DNA of 49,113 nucleotides from Pseudomonadota bacterium (GTDB taxonomy: Bacteria > Pseudomonadota > Alphaproteobacteria > Kiloniellales > J153). Positions within the stretch are counted from its first letter, which is position 1; each line of letters starts with the position of its first letter. This document shows, in pieces, positions 16,475 to 23,206 of this stretch. The notes under the pieces were generated by a model, which saw only the letters and a list, made by a program, of their open reading frames with translations, was not told the DNA's origin and ran no database searches. The position numbers and the translations under genes are program-made. The stretch lies in the NCBI GenBank assembly GCA_022572105.1, contig JACZWN010000002.1, positions 1-49,113 of the forward strand. The letters are read 5' to 3'.

Positions 16475-17200
16475 CTACGCTGGGGCCGTCAGGGCCTCGA
16501 TGGCATCGAGAATTCGCTGGTGCTCCGTGTCGGCCAGCTTGGCCGCGGCCTGATAGGCGCGAACCGTGTCGATCATCCGGGTCATTTCGACCACACCCTT
16601 GACGTTGGAGCTCTCGACCATGCCCTGAAGAATCTCGGAGTCGTTCGTGGGTTGGGGCGTCTGGTCCTTGGCGTCGTACAGGCCGCTGCCCACTTTGCTC
16701 AGCGCCTGCGGGTCATCGAATCGGACGAGCTTGATCCGACCGATCTCGTTGGTGTCGGCGGAAATGGTTCCATCGCGCGTGATGGTGATGGTGCTGGCGG
16801 CCAGCGGGATCGCGATCGGCGCGCCGCCGCTGTTGAGCACCGGATGGCCTTCCGTGGTCACGATCTTGCCGAGCGCGTCGAGCTGAAAGACGCCGTGGCG
16901 CGTGTAGCGCGGACCGTCCGGCGTGTCGACCACGAAATAGCCGTCGCCGTGGATGGCCATGTCGAGCGAGCTGTTGGTTCCCACAAACGGCCCTTCGCTG
17001 AGGTCACGCACGAAGCCGACGTCGTGGACGATGCTGAGGAAATCGCCGGTGAGCGGATCCGTCTCGATGATCTCGGTGAAGATCAAGTTCTCGGCCTTGA
17101 ACCCGGCGGTCTGGAGGTTGGCCAGATTCGTCGCGATCACGTCCATCTGGCGGTCGAGCACCGATTGACGGGCCAAGGCGATGATAAGAGAGTTTTCCAT
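16475..17200 (-). CDS. flgF: Flagellar proximal rod protein FlgF
   Basis: Start at the ATG at 17200: MENSLIIALARQSVLDRQMDVIATNLANLQTAGFK. C-terminus VKGVVEMTRMIDTVRAYQAAAKL. The 52 extra codons of the tracked ORF run through the promoter/repeat region. Confidence 0.88.
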   Translation of the reverse strand: MENSLIIALARQSVLDRQMDVIATNLANLQTAGFKAENLIFTEIIETDPLTGDFLSIVHDVGFVRDLSEGPFVGTNSSLDMAIHGDGYFVVDTPDGPRYTRHGVFQLDALGKIVTTEGHPVLNSGGAPIAIPLAASTITITRDGTISADTNEIGRIKLVRFDDPQALSKVGSGLYDAKDQTPQPTNDSEILQGMVESSNVKGVVEMTRMIDTVRAYQAAAKLADTEHQRILDAIEALTAPA

Positions 17201-17231
17201 AGACTGTCCGCGTGATGTTGCGCTGTTCCGT

Positions 17232-17264
17232 GTCTCGATCGCGTCTCGATCGCGTCTCGATCGT
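17232..17264. repeat. 11-bp tandem repeat x3 in the flgF leader / flgF-fliL divergent spacer
   Basis: GTCTCGATCGC GTCTCGATCGC GTCTCGATCGT. Confidence 0.95.
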
Positions 17265-17301
17265 CTCTCGGGTCGCCGGCAATGAGCGGCGCGATGTCTC
17301 T

Positions 17302-17317
17302 TGCATGACTCGTGCCA
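17302..17317 (-). promoter_or_regulatory. Candidate sigma-54 (-24/-12) promoter for flgFGAH
   Basis: The minus strand reads TGGCACGAGTCATGCA, against consensus TGGCACG-N4-TTGCW. About 100 nt upstream of the flgF ATG. The spacer contains a GANTC site (GAGTC). Confidence 0.6.
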
Positions 17318-17452
17318 CCTGGAAAGTCGTTGAAAAGCAAATGCTTGGGACGCCACCTCGCCTTGGTCAGGGGAATGCGGTGGGGAATTTTGGGCAGAGC
17401 TTGCCGGGCAGTTCTTGCCGTCGGCCGCGGCGCGCCGTCCGCACGCCGGACT

Positions 17453-17468
17453 TCAACCAGTTCTTAAC
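17453..17468 (+). promoter_or_regulatory. One-mismatch CtrA-type box upstream of fliL
   Basis: TCAACCAGTTCTTAAC (TCAA-N7-TTAAC), 60 nt upstream of the fliL ATG. Confidence 0.35.
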
Positions 17469-17527
17469 CAGGCTCGCTTAGGATGGTTCTCAGATAAGCC
17501 TTTGTAAAACTAACGAGTCCCACGGGG

Positions 17528-18073
17528 ATGGCTGATCAAACCAAAATCCAGGATCCGCATGTCGAGGACGACGGCGAAGGGGTGGACGGCGAAGCGCCGG
17601 TGCGCGCCCGTCGGTTACCGGGCAAGAAGCTGGTTCTCTTCATCGCGCTCCCGATGCTGCTCATCGGCCTGGCGGGGGCGGGCGTCTATTTCTCGGGGCT
17701 TGCCGATTCGCTGATCGGCGCGGAAGAGAACGAAGGCGAGCTGCTGACCGAGGAGGAAGAGGAAGGCCCCTCCGTCTATTACGAAATTCCCGACATGCTG
17801 GTGAATCTGAACAGCAGTGGCCGCAAGACCGGTTATCTCAAGATTTCGGTCAGCGTGGAGGTCGGTTCCAAGGCGGACGCCGAGAAAATCGAAGCGGTGC
17901 TGCCGCGCATCGTCGACAGCTTCCAGGTCTACCTGCGCGAGCTGCGGGTCGAGGATCTGAGCGGTTCGGCCGGACTCCAGCGCCTGAGGGAGGAATTGCT
18001 CATGCGCGTGAGCAACGCGGCCGCGCCGATCGCTGTAAGGGACATCCTGTTCCGCGAAATGCTTATCCAATGA
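17528..18073 (+). CDS. fliL: Flagellar basal-body-associated protein FliL
   Basis: 181 aa, single TM (LVLFIALPMLLIGLAGAGVYF), then YYEIPDMLVNLNSSGRKTGYLKISVSVEV ... LREELLMRVSN. Confidence 0.88.
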   Translation: MADQTKIQDPHVEDDGEGVDGEAPVRARRLPGKKLVLFIALPMLLIGLAGAGVYFSGLADSLIGAEENEGELLTEEEEEGPSVYYEIPDMLVNLNSSGRKTGYLKISVSVEVGSKADAEKIEAVLPRIVDSFQVYLRELRVEDLSGSAGLQRLREELLMRVSNAAAPIAVRDILFREMLIQ

Positions 18074-18080
18074 CGAACGA

Positions 18081-19187
18081 ATGATGGCGGAAGAACCGGA
18101 AAACCAGGAATCGGAGGACGAAGGCGACCAGGAAACCATGCTTGCCGAATGGGAGGCCATGGCGGACGAGGGCGACGAAACGGAGGGCGAGACAGACGCC
18201 GCAAGCCTGGGCTCGACCCGTGTCCTCGATCAGGACGAAATCGACAGTTTGCTCGGCGTCGACGATGATGGCAGCGGCGACGGGGACAAGTCGGGCATTC
18301 AGGCGATCCTCAATTCCGCGCTCGTATCCTACGAGCGCTTGCCGATGCTCGAGGTCGTATTCGACCGCCTGGTCCGCATGATGTCCACGTCCTTGCGCAA
18401 CTTCACTTCGGACAACGTCGAGGTGAGTCTGGACAACATCAGCTCGGCGCGGTTCGGAGACTACCTGAATTCGATCCCGCTGCCGGCCATGCTCGCGGTC
18501 TTCAAGGCGGAGGAATGGGACAACTTCGGCCTCATGACGGTGGACAGCGCGCTCATTTACTCGATCGTCGACGTGCTGCTCGGCGGCCGGCGCGGGACCG
18601 CTGCCATGCGCATCGAGGGGCGGCCCTATACCACGATCGAGCGCAACCTGGTCCAACGCATGGTGCATGTGGTCCTGGGCGATCTCTCGGCCGCCTTCGA
18701 CCCGCTTTCGCCGACCACCTTCCGTTTCGAACGCCTGGAGACCAACCCGCGCTTCGCCGCCATCGCGCGCGGCGCGAACGCCACGGTGGTGGTCACGTTG
18801 CGCGTCGACATGGAGGACCGCGGCGGGCGCATCGAGTTGCTCATTCCCTACGCGACGCTGGAGCCGGTGCGCGAGCTGCTGCTTCAAATGTTCATGGGCG
18901 AGAAGTTCGGTCGCGACTCGATCTGGGAAGGCCATCTGACGGCCGAGCTGTGGCAGACCGAGATCGGGCTGGAGGCGGTCCTCGACCAGGTCGAGCTGAA
19001 CCTGCGCGACGTTCTGAACTGGACCGAGGGCAGCCACCTCGAGTTGAACTCCACGCCCTCGTCCAAGGTCATCATGCGGTGCGGCGAGATTCCCATGTTC
19101 ACGGGCTTCATGGGCCGCAAGGGGGGGCACATCGCGGTCCGGATCGCGGACAAGGTGATTCGTGAGTCGGGCTCCGACAGCGAGTGA
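18081..19187 (+). CDS. fliM: Flagellar motor switch protein FliM
   Basis: 368 aa. Acidic N-terminus with LDQDEIDSLLG, then the FliM middle and C-terminal domains (RFGDYLNSIPLPAMLAVFKAEEWDNFGLMTVD ... IMRCGEIPMFTGFMGRKGGHIAVRI). Confidence 0.9.
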   Translation: MMAEEPENQESEDEGDQETMLAEWEAMADEGDETEGETDAASLGSTRVLDQDEIDSLLGVDDDGSGDGDKSGIQAILNSALVSYERLPMLEVVFDRLVRMMSTSLRNFTSDNVEVSLDNISSARFGDYLNSIPLPAMLAVFKAEEWDNFGLMTVDSALIYSIVDVLLGGRRGTAAMRIEGRPYTTIERNLVQRMVHVVLGDLSAAFDPLSPTTFRFERLETNPRFAAIARGANATVVVTLRVDMEDRGGRIELLIPYATLEPVRELLLQMFMGEKFGRDSIWEGHLTAELWQTEIGLEAVLDQVELNLRDVLNWTEGSHLELNSTPSSKVIMRCGEIPMFTGFMGRKGGHIAVRIADKVIRESGSDSE

Positions 19188-19771
19188 GCCTGACCATGGA
19201 CATCTCGCTCATCCTCGACGCCATCGTCGCGGTTCTCTTGATAACGACCATCGGCTTCGCGGTGGTCTTGAACCGGAGGCTCGGCGTGCTGCGCAACGCG
19301 AAGTCCGAGATCGAGGCGCTGATTGCCCAATTCGCCGAATCCACCGACAAGGCGGGCAGCGGCATCGAATTGCTGAAGGACGAGACCAAGCGCTCGGGCG
19401 AGGCGCTGCAGGGTAAGCTGGATGCCGCCCGCGCCTTGGTTGACGACTTGGCCTTTCTCCTCGAAAGGGGGAGCAGCCTGGCCGACCGTCTGGACGGTGC
19501 TGTCGGCGCGGCGCGGGCAAAAATCGCGACCGGTGGCGCGTCCAAGCGCGCTCAAGGCGCGCGGCACCCGGGGCGGCAGAGTTCGGTTACACCGGTCGGC
19601 GCCGATGGCAAGCCGGGAGATAACGCAAACACATCGGCCGGTGCTGACAGCGGGCCGGGCGACACCGCAAGCAGCGGCGCTCTTCCCGATAGGCCCGGGC
19701 CGGACTCCGGCGCGCGGGACCTGTCCGCGCAGGAGTCGGATTTGCTGAAAGCCCTGCAAGGGATGCGGTGA
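19184..19771 (+). CDS. Bitopic membrane / coiled-coil / Pro-Gly-rich protein, PflI-like by architecture and synteny (uncertain)
   Basis: N-terminal TM ILDAIVAVLLITTIGFAVVL, a helical middle and a low-complexity C-terminus. The tracked start is GTG and overlaps the fliM stop. An alternative ATG lies at 19196. Confidence 0.55.
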   Translation: MSLTMDISLILDAIVAVLLITTIGFAVVLNRRLGVLRNAKSEIEALIAQFAESTDKAGSGIELLKDETKRSGEALQGKLDAARALVDDLAFLLERGSSLADRLDGAVGAARAKIATGGASKRAQGARHPGRQSSVTPVGADGKPGDNANTSAGADSGPGDTASSGALPDRPGPDSGARDLSAQESDLLKALQGMR

Positions 19772-19801
19772 TCGCTGCGCGGCGGGAGGAAATATTTTAC
19801 C

Positions 19802-20532
19802 ATGCGTTTACGTCTATTGCCGGTTCTCATCATCACCGCCTTGATCGCGCTGACCGTTCGGGTCGGCGATCTTTGGCAGGGATTGGGCTCCATGGCCCAG
19901 GCCCAGACGGCGTCGCAGGCCGAGACCAAGGCCGCCAAGACCACGGCCGCCAGACCACGGCCGCCAAGACCACGGCCACCAAGACCACAGCTACTGGGCA
20001 AGCCAAGCGCGGCGCGCGAACGCCCATACGGCGGCCAAAGGACGGAGAGACCGTTTATTCCAACGCCCCCACGCCCGCCGAGGTCGACTCCCTTCGGGTC
20101 CTGGATATGCCGGCGGACCCCTTCTCGATGACCGACGAGGAGATCGACCTTCTCCAGGCCTTGGCCGAACGGCGCCGGGAACTAGATCTGCGCGCCCGTC
20201 GGCTGGAGCAGCGCGAGATCTTGCTGCGGGCGGTCGAGCAGCGCATCGAGGAGAAAGCGGGCGGACTGAGGGTGCTGCTGAAGCAGCAGGAGGAGCAGAC
20301 CGACGATCAGTACAAGAGTCTGGTGAAGATTTACGAAAGCATGAAGCCCAAGGATGCCGCGCGGATCTTCGAGGAAATGGATCTGGCGGTCCTGATGCCG
20401 GTGGTCGAGCGGATGAAGGAACGCAAGACCGCGCCGATCCTGGCCAAGATGAATCCGGTCAAGGCGACGGCCATAATCACCCAGCTCGCCCAGCGCCGTA
20501 AAGCGCCGACCGAAAACGCCGAAAAGCAATAA
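19802..20532 (+). CDS. motE: MotE-like protein (MgtE_N-type C-terminal domain) interrupted by an apparent 1-nt frameshift near 19952
   Basis: Frame 2 from the ATG at 19802 gives the membrane anchor MRLRLLPVLIITALIALTVRVGDLW. Frame 1 carries the conserved part: FSMTDEEIDLLQALAERRRELDLRARRLEQRE...YESMKPKDAARIFEEMDLAVLMPVVERMKERKTAPILAKMNP. The frames meet in a 15-bp repeat array with one 14-nt unit. The tracked ORF 19768..20532 has an implausible N-terminus. Confidence 0.7.
19919..19992. repeat. Degenerate 15-bp tandem repeat array (5 units) with one 14-nt unit
   Basis: GCCGAGACCAAGGCC / GCCAAGACCACGGCC / GCC-AGACCACGGCC (14 nt, 19949..19962) / GCCAAGACCACGGCC / ACCAAGACCACAGCT. Confidence 0.95.
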
Positions 20533-20565
20533 CGGACGGCGAAGCGGCCCGAAGTCCCTACATTA

Positions 20566-20581
20566 TTTACGCAGTCTTAAC
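20566..20581 (+). promoter_or_regulatory. CtrA-like box TTTA-N7-TTAAC upstream of cheY
   Basis: TTTACGCAGTCTTAAC, 80 nt upstream of the cheY ATG. Near-identical to the site at 28973..28988. Confidence 0.4.
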
Positions 20582-20660
20582 CGAGCTTTGGTAGGCTTCG
20601 CCTCGGATTTCTTGGAAGAGGGGTATTTGGCTGCGGCTGCCCCGAAGAGAGGAGTAGGCA

Positions 20661-21050
20661 ATGGCTGGCGTCAACAAGAACATGCCGATTCTCATCGTGG
20701 ATGACTACAAAACCATGCTGAGAATCATCCGCAATCTGCTCAAGCAGCTCGGCTTCAACAACGTGGACGAGGCCATTGACGGCAGCTCGGCCCTGCAGAA
20801 GCTTCGCGACAAGGACTGCGGCCTGATCATCTCCGACTGGAACATGGAGCCGATGAGTGGCCTTCAGTTGCTCAAGGAGGTTCGGAAAGACGTCAAGCTC
20901 AAGGAGCTTCCGTTCATCATGATCACGGCCGAGAGCAAGAGCGAGAACGTGATCGCCGCCAAGGAAGCCGGCGTCAGCAACTACATCGTCAAGCCGTTCA
21001 ATGCCGCGACCCTGAAGGGCAAGCTGAACACGGTTCTCGGCAGTTTCTAA
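20661..21050 (+). CDS. cheY: Chemotaxis response regulator CheY
   Basis: 129 aa. ILIVDDYKTMLRIIRNLL ... LIISDWNMEPMSGLQLLKEVR ... FIMITAES ... AGVSNYIVKPFNAATL. Confidence 0.92.
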   Translation: MAGVNKNMPILIVDDYKTMLRIIRNLLKQLGFNNVDEAIDGSSALQKLRDKDCGLIISDWNMEPMSGLQLLKEVRKDVKLKELPFIMITAESKSENVIAAKEAGVSNYIVKPFNAATLKGKLNTVLGSF

Positions 21051-21062
21051 GGGGCCCCGCTC

Positions 21063-21725
21063 ATGGCGCTGCCGACCCTCAACCAGGAAATTGAGCAGCA
21101 GCTCCACGACCTGTCCCGGACCGGATCCTGCATCGACCCCAAGGACATCCTCGAGGTCGTCGAGAGCATCATGGTCTCGATCTCGGGCGACCACGCGAGC
21201 CTGAACCACCGCCTGCATGCCGACATCGAGGCGCTGGCCAACTACATCAACGCCGCCAAGGCCGAGATCTCGGATATCAAGGCCGACAAGATCAACAGGG
21301 AATTCCTGCCCGAGGCCAGCGACCAGTTGATCGCCATCGTCGGAGCCACCGAGCAGGCCACCAACGACATCTTCGAAGCGGTCGAGTTAATCGAGGAATT
21401 GACGGAAAAGATGACCGCGGAAACGGCCGAGCGGGTGACCGAGGCGGTCACGCGCGTCTATGAGGCCTGCAGTTTTCAGGACATCACCGGTCAGCGCGTT
21501 TCCAAGGTGGTCACGGCGTTGCAAAACGTCGAGACCAAGGTCCATGCGCTGCTCCAGGCCTTTGGCGAGGAGAGCGGGGCCGAAGGGCGCGCGGCTGCGC
21601 CCGACACCGGTGTCGACGGCGCGACCCCGGCGTCCTCGGACGAACATCTGATGACCGGCCCGCAGATGCCGGGTGAGGGCAACAGCCAGGACGACATCGA
21701 CGCCCTTCTGGCCAACTTCGATTGA
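21063..21725 (+). CDS. cheZ: CheY-P phosphatase CheZ
   Basis: Catalytic helix motif ACSFQDITGQRVSKV (compare FQDLTGQ) and a C-terminal CheY-binding-like peptide SQDDIDALLANFD. Immediately downstream of cheY. Confidence 0.8.
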   Translation: MALPTLNQEIEQQLHDLSRTGSCIDPKDILEVVESIMVSISGDHASLNHRLHADIEALANYINAAKAEISDIKADKINREFLPEASDQLIAIVGATEQATNDIFEAVELIEELTEKMTAETAERVTEAVTRVYEACSFQDITGQRVSKVVTALQNVETKVHALLQAFGEESGAEGRAAAPDTGVDGATPASSDEHLMTGPQMPGEGNSQDDIDALLANFD

Positions 21726-21731
21726 TCCATC

Positions 21732-22427
21732 ATGACCGCTGCGGTACCCACCGGCCGCGACCGCGAGGCCAGCAGCAACATCGTGCCGCTGCTCAGCCTG
21801 ATGCTCATCCTGCTCGCCTTTTTCATCCTGTTGAACAGCCTGTCGGAGTTCGAGGCGGACAAAACCCAAGCCGTCATCGAAAGCGTCAACCGGGCCTTCA
21901 ACGGCAAGATCGAATCGGGGGACCGGACTCCGGCCTACAGCGCCACGCTCGGCGCGCTGCCCGAGGCCGAGGCCAAGATGCGGGAGGTCGGCAGCCTGTT
22001 CGAGGCGATCGTTCCCTCCGCGCGGGTCAAGCGGATCCGGCGCGCCAAGGCGGTTCGCGTGGAGCTGCCCGCGGCCTCCTTTTTCCGACCGGCGGGGGTA
22101 CGGCTGCGTCCGGGCGGTGAATTCCTGATCCAGCGCCTCGCGCGATTGCTCGCGCGTGATCCCCGCGGCGGCCCGAGTTACGACCTGGAGGTCCTGCTCG
22201 GCGTCGGCGCGCCGCCCGCCGGCGGCGCCGGGCCGGTGACGCCCGATCCCCGCTCCCTCGAAGTTCGCCGCGCCGCGCTGCTGGCCCAGCGCCTCGTCGA
22301 AGAGGGCCTGCGCCCTCCAATGCTTTCGATCGGCCTGTTGCCCAGGCAACCGGGGACGCTACGCTTCGTCGTGCGCGTGCGCCGGGATCCGGCCACCTCC
22401 GGGCGCCGCGCTACGGGGGCGGAGTAG
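21732..22427 (+). CDS. MotB-like / OmpA-like protein 1 (conserved TM Asp replaced)
   Basis: TM IVPLLSLMLILLAFFILLNS plus a degenerate OmpA_C-like part VRVELPAASFFRPAGVRLRPGGEFLIQRLARLL. Aligning on AFF puts Ser where MotB has the essential Asp. Confidence 0.65.
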   Translation: MTAAVPTGRDREASSNIVPLLSLMLILLAFFILLNSLSEFEADKTQAVIESVNRAFNGKIESGDRTPAYSATLGALPEAEAKMREVGSLFEAIVPSARVKRIRRAKAVRVELPAASFFRPAGVRLRPGGEFLIQRLARLLARDPRGGPSYDLEVLLGVGAPPAGGAGPVTPDPRSLEVRRAALLAQRLVEEGLRPPMLSIGLLPRQPGTLRFVVRVRRDPATSGRRATGAE

Positions 22428-22432
22428 GGGCC

Positions 22433-23206
22433 ATGGCCGGCCCGCGCCCCGCCAGCCACAGCGACGGTCCCAAAACCGGGGCCGCGTCGTCTTTCCTTCC
22501 CCGGCTCGCGAAACCAGGCTGGGTCGGCTCGGCGAACCAGGCCTGGATGATCACATTCACCGACCTCGTCGCGCTGATGCTGGCGTTCTTCGTGCTGCTC
22601 TTCGCCATGTCGCAGGTCGAGCAGAAAAAATGGCAGGGACTCGTCGATTCGCTGAACGCCGATCTCAACGCCCTCAAGTCGGTCGAGCGCGTCAAGCCGG
22701 CGCTCGATTATCACCCGGAGGACGAAGCGGTCCTCCCCGGCGCCGACCTGGACTATCTGGCGTCCGTGTTGCGCCAGCAAATCGCGGCGCACGCCTTGTT
22801 GGCGCGCGGCACGATCCGACGACTGCCGGACCGCCTGGTCGTCTCCCTGCCGGCCGATCTGCTATTCCGGGCTAATGCCACCACCCTCGCACCCGGGGCC
22901 AGGGACGCGGGCTTCGCGCTCGGCGGGGTGCTGCGCAACCTGAACAACCGGATCGAGGTGGCGGCCCGCGTACGACACAGCGACCGGGCGCACGGGCGGC
23001 GCTCCGACTGGCAACTGGCGCTGGCCCGCGCCGCGCTCTTCACCGGCATGTTGACGCGCGCCGGTTACCGAGGTCCGATCGTAGCGCGCGGCATTGTGGA
23101 GAGCCGCGCCGGGGGGCAGGCGCCCGCGTCGAGCGCGGAGCCTGGCGGGCTCCAGGGCGATCGCCTCGATATCGTGATTCACGAATTTGCCCGGGAGTCG
23201 CAATGA
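22433..23206 (+). CDS. MotB-like / OmpA-like protein 2 (TM Asp conserved)
   Basis: WMITFTDLVALMLAFFVLLFAMS (compare E. coli ADFMTAMMAFFLVMW), then LVVSLPADLLFRANATTLAPGARDAGFALGGVL...SDWQLALARAALFTGMLTRAGY. Confidence 0.7.
   Translation: MAGPRPASHSDGPKTGAASSFLPRLAKPGWVGSANQAWMITFTDLVALMLAFFVLLFAMSQVEQKKWQGLVDSLNADLNALKSVERVKPALDYHPEDEAVLPGADLDYLASVLRQQIAAHALLARGTIRRLPDRLVVSLPADLLFRANATTLAPGARDAGFALGGVLRNLNNRIEVAARVRHSDRAHGRRSDWQLALARAALFTGMLTRAGYRGPIVARGIVESRAGGQAPASSAEPGGLQGDRLDIVIHEFARESQ

Noticed and set aside
17391-17405. Sigma-54-like TGGGCAGAGCTTGCC upstream of fliL
   Set aside because: The GG-to-GC spacing is one nucleotide short of the -24/-12 requirement. TGGTCAGGGGAATGC at 17364..17378 has the right spacing and is kept as a weak candidate.
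18063-19759. Minus-strand ORFs of 355 aa (18063..19130) and 291 aa (18884..19759)
   Set aside because: They are antisense to fliM and the PflI-like gene and have no motifs.
19768-19801. GTG start at 19768 for the motE-like ORF as tracked
   Set aside because: The resulting N-terminus (MIAARREEIFYHAFTSIAGSHHHRL...) has no membrane anchor and reads like non-coding translation. The frame-2 ATG at 19802 gives a proper anchor, which implies a frameshift in the repeat array.
20577-21218. 213-aa minus-strand ORF
   Set aside because: It is antisense to cheY and cheZ.
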